Below, piece after piece: positions 21,201 to 64,000 of a stretch of 64,000 nucleotides of DNA. Origin of the DNA: Podarcis bocagei. Taxonomy: Eukaryota. The notes beneath the pieces were generated by a model that was given only the letters and a program-made list of their open reading frames with translations, had not been told where the DNA came from and searched no databases. How positions within the stretch are numbered: the first letter of the stretch is position 1; each line of letters begins with the position of its first letter. Position numbers and translations under genes: made by a program. Where the stretch lies: assembly GCA_964188305.1 (NCBI GenBank), contig OZ076893.1. One strand, given 5' to 3'.

Positions 21201-23492
21201 CTACCCAAAAGTTAAACTAACTTTGCGGTTGCCAATTGGCCTGTCATTTAATTCATTAATAGCAGCCACTGCCTCATTATAATTCATCATGGCAAGAATA
21301 GCTTCACCAGAAGACATTCCATATTCATTGCGCAGAATAGAAAGAGATTCTGGTATGATTTTATAACCGTGGAAGAAATCCAGAATTTCATGAGGAGAAG
21401 CTTGGAACGGTAAATTCTTTAATTTAATCAATGTGACACGATCTGAGGCACCACTAGAATTATAGTCAGGCCTAAAATGCCCTTCTTGAAAACGACGAGG
21501 AATGCTGTCACCAGGAGGCCCTCTAAAAAGATCAGATGAGCAGATAAAATCATCAGACGGGTGTCTATAATTAGACAGGTGCTTTAAGTTCCCATGCAAA
21601 GAGGATCCTTGTGAACCACTGGGGTAAAAATGTTCACTTCTTTCATATGTATGGAGATTATCCTGTATCTTTTCATTTGATGTTGATGAAATATTAATAC
21701 CAAACTCTTGCATTTGTTCCTCAGAAATACATCTTAGGAGTACCTCTGTTCCCAAAAACCGCCGGCGATTTAAGCTTTCAGCTTTGCGGGCTTGTTCTTC
21801 AGTTCTGAAGTTGACCAATGCTTCCCCAAGTCCGATTCCTTTGTCATCATAAAGCAAATAAATGTCACTGTTATCAATATTAAATCCTGCAAAGAACTTC
21901 TGTACTTCAACATTTGTCACATCAAATGGAAAGTTTCTGACATATACGCAGGTCTTTAAGCCAGAATATTCATCTCTATCACTTCTTTCATTTGCATGGT
22001 GCTGTCTTTCTGGTGGTACTTTTGCTTCAGAAGATCCAGTTAAGAACAACAGCTTTTCTTTTGAAATGGGAAAGATGAAAATCGGCTGGCCAAGCAGTTT
22101 ATCCTTGTGAAAGGTCAATACAAACTCATACACCTTCAATGTGTCACACAGCAGAATTGCATCTTTCGTCGTTGCATCGCCTTCTGGCTTTAAAAATAAA
22201 ATAGGACTGGCAGTCACACCTGGATGCCCAAAGAACTTTATCAAATCTTTCTTCTCAACAGTAGGTTGGAGATTTTTAATGAGTATATAATATTCTCTGT
22301 GTTGAGAACGAGACTGTGTCGTAAACCTCTGTTGTGGAGACCTTGACCGTGTGCGTGCCGTAACCCTCCGTGGTGGTGACCTTGACCGGGTGCGTGCCAT
22401 AACCCTCCGTGGTGGTGATCTTGACTGGGTGTGTTCCCTTACCCTCCGTGGTGACCTTGACCGGGTGCGTGTCCTTACCCTCCGTGGTGACCTTGACCGA
22501 TGGTGTGCCTTAACCCTCCCTGGAGACCTTGAATGGGCACGTGACAACCCCCTCCCCACAGGAGACCTTGAATGAGTACGTGATGTAATCCTCCCTGCAG
22601 GAGACCTTGAACGAGTGTGTGCCATAACCCTCTCTGGAGACCTTGAACAGGTGCGTTTTCTTGAGGACAAATAGTCTGGCTCTGGCTCTCTTCGTGAATG
22701 CTCTCCGCCTGAAGAAAATGTTTCCTTATTCGAATAACTGAAATGTTTGGTATTGACAGGACTGCCAATCTTTCCACCAAACTTAATCCATGTTCCTTTA
22801 CCAGAGGTTCGTACGATAATAAATCTTGAACCCATATACTCTCGATCACGCTGAAGCCCTTCCGTGGCATCACTTAATGTTGCAAATTTTACCACAGCGT
22901 CTCCATTATTTTTACCATTAACTTTTCTCATGGCTATTCCCTCCACTTGCAATCCAGAGAAGAAATTGCGTACATCATCTTCTGTTGCAGAATAAGGCAT
23001 ACCACGTATAAATAGGTACACACTTGGAAATGGCTCTTTCTTAGGCTGATTATAGTTTGGTTCCAACATATCTGTATCACTGTTTCGAGATCCATTTGAA
23101 CGGAACTCATTCCCCAATGGATCCATGGAACTACAGCTAGATTGATGCATTCCTTTATTAATGGCTGCAACAAAATTTGAAAGATTGCCAATTCCAGATG
23201 CGCCTGAGTTAATGGAACCTGCCCGTCTTCTCCTACTAATTTCTATTATAGTCTGCATTTCTGTCTTGCTGCTAAGAAAGAACTCTATACGTGAATCCTT
23301 GATAAATCCTCCAGAATAGCTCATTGCTTGTCGTGCATCTTCATCTGTTGCAAATATAATGAAAGCTTCCCCCTTTTCTCCTCCAATGATATGCACACCT
23401 CCATCAGGAATATTCAATCCTGAGAAGAAGCGGCGAATATCTGCAGAACCCGCAACAACAGGAAGCCCCTGTAAACGGATGACTACCGCCAT
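21201..23492 (-). CDS. RBM12B: RNA-binding motif protein 12B, single coding exon, 763 aa, multiple RRMs plus an RSRSP repeat
   Basis: Starts MAVVIRLQGLPVVAGSADIRRFFSGLNIPDGGVHIIGG (RBM12-family N-terminus); RRMs YLFIRGMPYSATEDDV, CVYVRNFPFDVT, IKLKNLPFQASPHEILDFF; lies between CIBAR1 and TMEM67. True ATG at 23492; splice acceptor at 23521-23522. Confidence 0.96.
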   Translation of the reverse strand: MAVVIRLQGLPVVAGSADIRRFFSGLNIPDGGVHIIGGEKGEAFIIFATDEDARQAMSYSGGFIKDSRIEFFLSSKTEMQTIIEISRRRRAGSINSGASGIGNLSNFVAAINKGMHQSSCSSMDPLGNEFRSNGSRNSDTDMLEPNYNQPKKEPFPSVYLFIRGMPYSATEDDVRNFFSGLQVEGIAMRKVNGKNNGDAVVKFATLSDATEGLQRDREYMGSRFIIVRTSGKGTWIKFGGKIGSPVNTKHFSYSNKETFSSGGEHSRREPEPDYLSSRKRTCSRSPERVMAHTRSRSPAGRITSRTHSRSPVGRGLSRAHSRSPGRVKAHHRSRSPRRVRTRTRSRSPRRVREHTQSRSPPRRVMARTRSRSPPRRVTARTRSRSPQQRFTTQSRSQHREYYILIKNLQPTVEKKDLIKFFGHPGVTASPILFLKPEGDATTKDAILLCDTLKVYEFVLTFHKDKLLGQPIFIFPISKEKLLFLTGSSEAKVPPERQHHANERSDRDEYSGLKTCVYVRNFPFDVTNVEVQKFFAGFNIDNSDIYLLYDDKGIGLGEALVNFRTEEQARKAESLNRRRFLGTEVLLRCISEEQMQEFGINISSTSNEKIQDNLHTYERSEHFYPSGSQGSSLHGNLKHLSNYRHPSDDFICSSDLFRGPPGDSIPRRFQEGHFRPDYNSSGASDRVTLIKLKNLPFQASPHEILDFFHGYKIIPESLSILRNEYGMSSGEAILAMMNYNEAVAAINELNDRPIGNRKVSLTFG
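22300..22660 (-). repeat. Coding minisatellite (36-39 nt units) encoding RSRSP repeats in RBM12B
   Basis: Nine SRSP-containing 12-13 aa units plus one degenerate unit. Confidence 0.9.
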
Positions 23493-24043
23493 TCTGAGCT
23501 GAGCCCACAGCAATAATCACCTGTGGACAAAAAGGTATATGTGATAGCAAGCCTTTAGTACACTGGGAAAGTTAAGTGCTACAAAATAAAAAATAATTCC
23601 TTCATCTGGAATAACAAACCTATTTTAATTTGAAAGTTTATACACTATTCAATCTGAAATTCCGCACTGTTCCACCAGCATTCCCCATTTTAAAAGCAAC
23701 AATATCAAACATCACTCTTCTTACAATCTATAATAAGACGTAGCAAACCTTTCACAGAATATATTCTAGACAACTGTGGTCCCATGTTCTTGCCATCCAA
23801 CAGCAAAAGCCAAGAAAGATCTATGATCAAAAATGTCTCACAACTCTCTAGCAACTTACACAGAAATCTTAGATTTTCAGACATTTATGTTCTATCAGTA
23901 GAACAGCCCAACTCATAATGAATCAAATTTCAGTCATCCTTGCCCCATGATCAGGATATTGAATTGCACATCTTTTCCAGTCACAAGCCTGGGAGAAAAA
24001 ACCATCATCTCAGACAAAAGAAGCATTAAGCTTTGAAGCTTAC

Positions 24044-24092
24044 CTTTTTTTTCCCTTTAGAAGACCTGATAAAGTCTGTGAAATCAATTTAA
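24044..24092 (-). other. RBM12B: Probable RBM12B 5'UTR exon (49 nt)
   Basis: Minus strand ttttctttccacag|TTAAATTG...AAAAG|gtaagc; strong acceptor and donor between the promoter and the coding exon. Confidence 0.65.
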
Positions 24093-25194
24093 CTGTGGAA
24101 AGAAAATGAAACATTATTAATGGTCAAGAAGCAGGTTTACATACTATGCTGTGTTACTGTGGTATATTCATAATCATGGTCAACATTAGTAAGAAATCAA
24201 GATTGGTATTCTTGTGTTAAAATTATTTCCCAGTCCAGAGAGGCACAAAAATAAAAAATAACCAATCTCAACTGAACAACGTTTTGGCCAGAGTATCCAT
24301 TTAAAACAGATTGCAACAAGTGAAGAAAATAGTTTGAAATCAGTCTTCAAAAGATCCACAGACAGTTGGGTGGAAGAACCCAAACATTTCACTGCCTGTA
24401 GTTATAGAAAACTGAAGTCCCACACAAAAATAGGAGTCGGCAGTTGTTCTTAAATTCTTTTCAGAAGAGGGTGACAAGATGTTCGCCTGTAGTTTAATTC
24501 GTTGTTGTAAAGATGACCATATTGGAAGAAAAATCCAAAAATTAAATAAATTCAGGAAAATATACTGCTTATGCCCATTCCAATTTCACCACGAATGCTT
24601 GTCATTCAACCACAAATCCAGAATACAATATATTCTATGATATCTCTTTAGAGCACTAAAGCATCACGAAAGTTACGGCACTCAAATATACTGACTACAT
24701 TCATAAAACAGTTTCATGGCGCTTTCCAAGCCAATCTTTTCACAAATTCCATAAAATACATAAATATGAAGCAACAGAAACTGGGTAGCCCAAAACCGGA
24801 GGTTCAACTGAGTTCAATGAAACCTACTCAAAAATAAATGTCCGAATTATCTAGCATATATAGGAACGGTGCAAGAACCCAATTCATCTATAACTGATCC
24901 ACACGACCAAGAAAGCAAACTATGAAATCTTATTTACTTTAAACTTGATTTCAGTAAAGTACATAGAAAAGGCCTACTTTCTTTCACCCCCTCTGCAAAG
25001 ATCATAGACCACCAATCTGGAAGTTTCTAACAAGGGCTTTTTGAGAAGTCTGAATAGTTCTCTAAAAGCACTATCAATATCATACTGAAATCAATGGCAG
25101 TATTCTAATCAATGGGGATTAATAACATCTCATTACTCAAAAGGCTAATATCAAACATTCTTCTTATATGTTGTTATTGTTGGGAAGCAAGAAC

Positions 25195-25290
25195 AAGAAC
25201 ATAAGAATAGCCTACTGAATCAGGCCAGTGGCCCATCTAGTCCAGCATCCTGTTCTCACAGTGGCCAACCAGATGTCCTTGCAAGCAGGG
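25195..25290 (-). mobile_element. CR1-type 3' tail fragment
   Basis: aagaacataagaatagcc...ggcccatctagtccagcatcctgttctcacagtggccaaccagatg. Confidence 0.6.
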
Positions 25291-26299
25291 CATCAGTGTA
25301 ATAACACTCTAACAATGCTAGAAAACCAGCTAAAACTGTTCTAAATACTCCTAGGTAACTCAAGATCTTACACCAACACCATGGATAAAATCCACCATGT
25401 TTTTGCGGTTTTTTTTAAAAAGATAACTATAAATTCTTTTTCAGTCCCAGCAGAGACCTCCAAAGCAAGTAGACAAGTCTTCACCGCAAGGCAAGCTTTT
25501 ACTTCTAGAGCCCCATCCCCCAACAATAACAAAAAATGAAACAAATATTAACAATTTACTGTAGCAACTCTTGGTTATCAGGTGTGGACAAGGCATATAA
25601 AGATTTAGATGAGTAAATAGAATTTAGATCAAAAAACAACTAGGGAAAATGGAGAAGTTGCAAAGTGTTTTGTATAGCCACAAAATAGTTATTCCCAATT
25701 AAAAAAAAACCGTAAGTGTACTTTACTCCTATGCAGTCCTTGCTGAGAAAGAAGCTAACACAAAACAAGAATATAGATTCCTACCAAATCAGGCACTTCT
25801 AACTCCTATCCTTAACTGTTCATGATAATGACATTACTGGAGTACTGTAGTGTCTAGGCTATTCCTTCCCAGGGATTGGTGCACGATAGAACTCAGGGAT
25901 ATCCTGACAGAGCAAAAATATACTTTGTACAGAGTATGTGAAGTGCAGAGAAGGCATGTCATCCTGAGCAACTAGCATTCTTCCTTTTTCTCCACGTAAA
26001 TGCTGGCTAGAAGAAATCACACCACCACAGAACATTTCTTGGGCAGCCATCAAGAACCATTTGTTAAAACAAGCTGTGAATGCGGCCGGCATCTCCTTAG
26101 TCCTCCGTGGTTCTCCCATACCAGTTCATGTACATTCCAATGCACTCCCAGGGATGCCAGAGGCAGAAAGGTCCAGTGGGTTCCAAGGGATTGCTATTAA
26201 CCAACCATCCGAGTACGCGTGGGAGAACAATAAATTCTGTGGCTAAGAGGACAAAAAAGAAAAAGAAAAAACAAAAGCCATGATGACCGTCACCGGGCA

Positions 26300-27250
26300 T
26301 GAACTGGAATCACCAACCGGATCAGCCACTCCTAAGTCAGAGCTGTAATTGGTCCCCACGCCGGAATGATTTCCGTCCACACAAAAGAACTGTGTTCGTT
26401 TGAAGGCAGCATTATTCTGTCACCGCACCTACTAAGCCTGAGTGGGGAAGACATAGGCGCGGCCCTCTCCCTACAAGCAGCCACCAGGATCGCCCCGTCA
26501 CCGGCTGCCCGCGCACCACTGAATACCTTTAAGTTATCACCCACCGGGGTATCGCTCGACCCCTTTTACCACAAGGGAGAGAAGCACAGTAAGGGGCAGG
26601 AGGTGTTTCTGCAGTTTAAGAGACTCACTACCGAGAACAGCCAGGCAGCTTACCCGCGTGCCAACACAAACACGCGTGTACACATACACACACACGACAC
26701 CCTTTAGCGCTACTAACCAGGCCCGTGTGGGGCGAATGGACCCGGAGAGCGCCCAGGCTCCGCGACTTCCCTCAACGGAGGGAAGGAAACAGCGCAACCG
26801 CTTTGCTTTTGCTGCTGCGGGAAAACTCGCCAGACCCAACGGCGCGGCCTCTTCCGTACGGCCTCGCCACGTCCGCAAGCGCGCCTCGTCGCGGCCCGCC
26901 CGGCTACACCAGCTGAAACACACGCGGTACTCTCTCGCCTCCAACAGCAACAACGCTACTCTCCCCTCGCTCTGCCTCACAGAGGGTGAGGCCCAACTGC
27001 AAGGGACAAAATGGCAGCCGCCTTCCTCTCCGTCTCCCTCAGAGAACGGCTAGGACGTGCGCAGGGAGGGGGCGGAAATGGTTCTGCTGCGCACGCGCAC
27101 GCGCACAAAGAGTCCCCCGGAAGCCGCCCGGCAACCAGTACGCATGCGTCTGTTGCTGTGCAGGAAACTCGAGGCTTCACCAATCATTTTGCCTTGTCGT
27201 TTCTCTTCCTGTTAGTATGGCACATGCGCAGAAGAAGTAAGTGGGGAAAT
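26300..27250 (-). promoter_or_regulatory. CpG island / RBM12B promoter and non-coding first exon
   Basis: CpG-rich; YY1-like AAAATGGCAGCC (~27008), GC box GGGGCGG (~27069), NRF1-like TGCGCACGCGCA (27088-27099), ETS CCGGAAG (~27117); candidate minus-strand donors near 26980 (gtgagg) and 26653 (gtaagc). Confidence 0.8.
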
Positions 27251-28096
27251 CCAAGTTCTTGCGCACAGTGTTGTTTCGATGAAAAGGAATTCGAGTGTGG
27301 AAATACAGCAGCTGATTTTTTACGTGTCTTCATTTCCACCTCTAGTTCAGAAATCAGTCTGTGCCCTTTTTATCACCTGCCAATTTTCGTTTAACTGCAG
27401 CTAAGATAAAAACTTCGCGCAGTTTTTTCCTGTCTGAAATCGAATGGAAAATAGGAGTTGGGGTTGGCTATTCCGGTTTCATAGTGTTTGTCCCAAAAAA
27501 TTGGTGCTTGTCTAAATTTTTGTGGTTCTGTCATCACCATTGGCAGTAGCTCCTAACAGCAGTCTTATAATTAATCTGTGCTTTATGTGGCACCTACACA
27601 GTAATCTCAAAGCAACTTCACTACCAAATAAATGCACTTATTCCCCGGTATGAACGAAACACCCATCTTCCTTGATCTGAAATTTGCAACCCTGCGCTTT
27701 AACTGAGGAAAAAAACCCTACCGAATTTGGGGCGGATTTCTTCTGCGTAGACATGCTTAGTCTTTCCCCGTAGAAAAACCGTTTATTGACTTGACGTAAG
27801 GGTGGCCGCAAAACAGGAAAAAACTGACTTGCGAAAGGCCAATTTCCCCCCTTTATATTTGTCGAGAAAATTTTAGACAGATCCGAGTATTCGGTCAACT
27901 AAGGCTGTAATCCTAACCCCAATTACTGTACCTTGGGAGCAAATCCCGTTGAATTCAATAGGGCACCTACTGGGAAATGGTTATGATTTGCGCACTCTGA
28001 TATTTTTGGTCTGCCTGGCGTCCCGTAGCGGCCGCTCCGAGACGCGAGAGCCTATTGGCTGCGCCGCTGAGGCAGGCAGCCGTGGCCTGGGTAGCC

Positions 28097-59906
<31,810 letters not shown>

Positions 59907-60041
59907 AAAGACTTTCTGGGAACTAATTACGGCTTTAAAATGACACACATACACAAAGGATTTGCTTGCAGTACTTTGTAAATATTCATGTGTAGAATCT
60001 TTCTTTCATATTGTGTACTTGAAAACTGCTGTTTTGGATTA

Positions 60042-60047
60042 AATAAA
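60042..60047 (+). terminator. Candidate TMEM67 proximal poly(A) signal
   Basis: AATAAA 136 nt after the stop codon; another at 60778-60783. Confidence 0.5.
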
Positions 60048-60170
60048 TTTGTACTTGTAATGGATAGTGATTATTCACATGCCTTAAAAGGGATGCCAAG
60101 ATACAGAAAGATGTCACTGTCAGTATTAAAGCTGAACCCATGCATTAGTTTTGCAGATATTTTATGTGTA

Positions 60171-60412
60171 CAGTGGTACCTCGGGTTAAGAACTTAATTT
60201 GTTCTGGAGGTCCGTTCTGAATCTGAAACTGTTCTTAACCTGAAGCACCACTTTAGCTAATGGGGCCTCCTGCTGCCGCTGCACCGCCACTGCACAATTT
60301 CTGTTCTCATCCTGAAGCAAAGTTCTTAACCCGAGGTAATATTTCTGGGTTAGCGGAGTCTGTAACCTGAAGCGTATGTAACCTGAAGCATATGTAACCC
60401 GAGGTACCACTG
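60171..60412. mobile_element. Tc1/mariner (Tigger-like) MITE, 242 bp
   Basis: TA TSD; TIR CAGTGGTACCTCGGGTTA/TAACCCGAGGTACCACTG. Confidence 0.9.
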
Positions 60413-63221
60413 TATGTGTACATCTCTTGTGCAGTGTTTTAAGATCCGTGGGTAGGAGCTGGATGTGTATGGAGAAAATGATCAAAAGGTAGAGGATTCA
60501 GGTTCTTGTGTACAATGAATTTTCTGGATTGAGTACAGGGGGCACTGAAGCAAACTGCATGCAGATACTCAGTTCCTGTGCTTTCAGAGTTTCAGAGGTA
60601 GGTGTGATTTCATAAAGTTCAAGAGAAGCCTTGCTCTTGCCCAGTTTGTAAGAGGAGCATTTGAAGCACTTCCTGATTTCAGGTTTCAATGAGAGAAGAA
60701 ATTCATCCTGTGTGGGACAGCCCTCATCACTCTCTCTCTCTTACTGTTATTGCTGTATGGGCTTGAACCACAGATGGAATAAATCAGGAGGTCTCTTAAA
60801 AACAGCTTTGAAGTGGAAAAACACAGTTCATATATACATGACTGACTAGCTACTGTTCCTGTATTTCGTATAAACAAGAATGTTGTGTGTATTTTCCCAA
60901 TCGGCTTCATGTACTGTCAACAAAAGGATTCTGGAATTTTAGCTTTTTAGCTGACAGTTTTGCTGATCCATTAGGTGAAGGAGTACAGGGTTTCACCTTC
61001 CACAGAAGAAAAAATGCTGACAAGTATAAAAATATGCTGATCTAATTAAACAGTAGATGTGGCTTGGACAACAAAACAGGCCTCCACTGCAGGAGTCAAG
61101 GGCTAGAAACAGGGCATGCCTGACCTAACAGAAAGAGAATATTACAACCAGTGACTCTCGGAACTTTCTGCAGACTTTCTGCAGCAATGCACACTAAAAT
61201 GCAAACTCATTGAAATCTGGTGAACTGAATTTATGGTGGCAATATTTACACATGCACTGTTGAAGTGTGTTCAGATTACAGAATTGGGTTTCCAAAGAGT
61301 TCGGCCCATTTTAATTTTTGTCGTGTGGGACAGCATGCATCGGTCTATACAAGCTGTATATTTTTTAAAAAATTATGTAGGGTTCCTTTTTATTTGCTAG
61401 CAGCTGTGAAGATGTCCCCTTGAATTTCTCCCCCTGCCTTGAAGCCGTTGCAAGAGCAAGGTGAGAATTTTAGAAAGCACACCAAGAGGCACCTCACGCA
61501 AGCAGCCTCCATCAGACTGCATATCAATCAATTCCTCACGTTGCTTCTGTGTGCATCCTTACTATAACAACTGGCTCTTTCCTTTTTCCCATTCAGTATA
61601 AAATGTTCAGTGCCTCTTTAAAATAATTCTGGCAGAGTAAACTTCACATTCCTAATACACGTTTCCTAGGCTGTGCTCCCAACATATTTTACTTATGAGT
61701 AATTGAGGAAATGAGCATTTCCACTGCAGCAGAGTTCCTGCCTGTGCCTTGTACTGTCTGAGTCATCAAGTACTGTAGATTAAATTCAGAATGCCATGCA
61801 TACTAGGCTTGGGGCCCTTGGAAAACGACATCTCTCTGGCAAATGCCACTACAACATATGCTTAAAAGTTCATGTAAAGTACACTTAGTTATAAATTGTT
61901 TAGAAAATATTGAATACTTTTTCACCATTATTTAAAAAGAAGAAATGGGTGGCATATTTATGCCTTGGGATCAGTGTGTCGAAAATGACCTGTAAGTGAT
62001 CTTGTCTGAGCCAATCCACTATAGCAAGATCCTCTGAAAACTAAACAAAAAAACACTGCTCCTTTCTCCCCCACACCCCGCTTGCCCTTCTTAAAATAAA
62101 ATCAGTTGAGCTTATAATTACATAAAATTAAAAATGCAACAAAGTGAGGAAGGCTTCAATACCATGAAATAATAATAAGGGGAAACTATCAAATCAGGTC
62201 GCTAAATGCCTGTCTTGAAATGTTCACTTGTTAAAATCTCAAGACTGGCAAGTTTCAGAGATGTGAGATGGTGCAAACATGAACCCAAAGCAAAGCTTCC
62301 TCAGTGAATTTAAATTGGTTTCAGGACAGTTTGCACAGGAAGAGAAATTCCCTACAATTTACATGTCCCAGAACATTACAGGTCAAAGCCAGCCCCTTGA
62401 AGAGTGTCCAGAAGTGAAATAATGCAGTTTAAAAATAAATCTTAAATAAGTCTGGCAGCCCATACCCATCTAGCAGTGAGCTGCCAAATCCTGCAGCAGC
62501 TGGTACTTTCAAGCACTCTTCAAGGTCAACCCCAATCAGAGTATGTTGCAATGGTCTGGTTTACAAGAGCACAGGGCACAGCGGTTAAATCCATGTTCTG
62601 GTGGGGGGAACAAGTGCAATGGATAAGGGCGATTTTGAGATACCATCATCACCTCTTTATGTCTAATTTTGAGGCTGAACCAACAAAAATACGTGTGGAT
62701 TGGTTTGCAAGCCTTTTAGCTCTCTTCTGTGGTGACTGGTTTAGGATGAACCTACTGGACTCGAAGTGACGGAAACCAATGCAAATGTCAGATGGTCTCC
62801 ATGGTTTTAAAACAATGTAATCAAAAAGGGTGATAGATGATGGGAACATAGGAAACTCTGTACTGATTCAGACCATTGGTGCACCTAACTCAATATTGTA
62901 CACACTCGCTGGCAGCTGCTCTCCAGGATTTCAAGCACGAATTTCCTCCAAGCCCTACCCAGCCATCTACTGTGTAGCACTGCTAGTTGCTGTTCTCCTT
63001 GCTGCTGTTCTCCTTGCATGTTCATACCTCACTCCCCCTTTCCAGTGCCATTGCCCAGGGGGGGGAGTGAGCAACCTTCCATTGTTGCAGTAGGTGTGTG
63101 CGTATGTGTGCAAGGTGTCCTCAACATTTTCTCTGGTTTGGAAATTTTCCCATGGGCCCCAAGGGGTTTTTGACCCTTGGTTTTATGCCTTGTCCTTGAT
63201 TTCAACCAGGTCACCCTGTTC

Positions 63222-63357
63222 CAGGTATGGGGAAATCTACGCCCCTCCAGATGTTCCTGGACTACAACTCCCATCATCCCTAACCATTGGCCATTGAGGC
63301 TGATGGGAGTTGGAGTCCAACAACACACATAGGGCCACTGGCTCCCCAATCCCTGCC
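63222..63357. mobile_element. Older copy of a related palindromic hAT MITE
   Basis: ccctccagatgtt...ggactacaactcccatcatcc...tgatgggagttggagtcc; similar degraded copies at ~165-285, 3390-3505, 17800-17910, 19150-19240, 48128-48220. Confidence 0.7.
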
Positions 63358-64000
63358 CTATGTAGACAAAAGGCATTAAGCCCAACAGTCTCTAACTCCT
63401 GGTTTAACCACTGGTCTTTTGGAGATGTCAGTATTTTATTAGCGTGAGGTGCTGGCATTCTCCTTCTTCAGCATTCAGCTCTCTTTCTAGAAGTTAAATC
63501 TCTGGATGCAAATAAATTGTCTCTAGTACACAAACAGAAGAGCACATGGGCATGAACACTTAATGGCACCACACAGTGTAGAAACCGCCATTAACAATCT
63601 TCACCTGCTGAGATACATTTTCAAACAGCGCTGTATTGCAAAACAATTGTTTCCCTAATATATATCTTTAACAGAAAGAACAAACATCCCATTGGCTTTG
63701 AAATCAGTGGAGAGGCTGTTTGCTGAGTAAATAAATACAGCAAGTGCTGAACTGTCTTCAAGGACATGTAATGGATTAAGACTTTCTGGGGCTTGGGCAG
63801 TGATGCTTTCTAAGCATCAGGCAATGTGAGAAAGCTGCATCAAGCAGCAAATTTGGGAGGCAGTTTTGAACCTGCTTCTTGTTGCTGTGCCTTTAGGGGA
63901 CTACTTCTTGACTTTAGGGGACTACTTGCATCTATGTTCTGGCTCAGACTACATCTGTAAGTAAGCAGATATTTATAAAGGAAGAGCCCATCAGTGCCCT

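Noticed and set aside
22351-22873. Alternative-frame and antisense ORFs within RBM12B
   Set aside because: By-products of the in-frame coding minisatellite.
23493-23513. ORF-track N-terminal extension of RBM12B (MLWAQLR)
   Set aside because: Starts at a non-ATG codon; the family N-terminus is MAVVIRL at 23492.
26332-27394. ORFs of 70-147 aa in the RBM12B promoter
   Set aside because: CpG-island artefacts with no recognisable protein features.

Overview
Eukaryotic genomic DNA, not prokaryotic. The repeat content (BovB/RTE derivative, tRNA-head/CR1-tail SINEs, L2, Penelope-like repeat, many hAT and Tc1/mariner MITEs) points to a squamate reptile, probably a lacertid lizard (inference). The window holds the conserved block CIBAR1/FAM92A (+, 9 coding exons, 284-285 aa), RBM12B (-, one coding exon, 763 aa) and TMEM67/meckelin (+, 28 exons, 984 aa). 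I reconstructed all exons by hand with GT-AG sites and a continuous reading frame. RBM12B and TMEM67 are head-to-head around a CpG-rich region. Highlights: a U12-type intron followed by a 6-nt microexon in CIBAR1; a minimal type I hammerhead ribozyme in a Penelope-like insertion antisense in TMEM67 intron 9; a possible decayed gene for a TNFR-like type I membrane protein divergent from CIBAR1; an expanded RSRSP repeat in RBM12B; RFX X-boxes at both ciliary genes, one overlapping the TMEM67 ATG; and ~90% identical MITE copies downstream of RBM12B and TMEM67 that would be complementary in the two mRNAs. Gene and repeat names come from recognition of the sequence; no database search was run.
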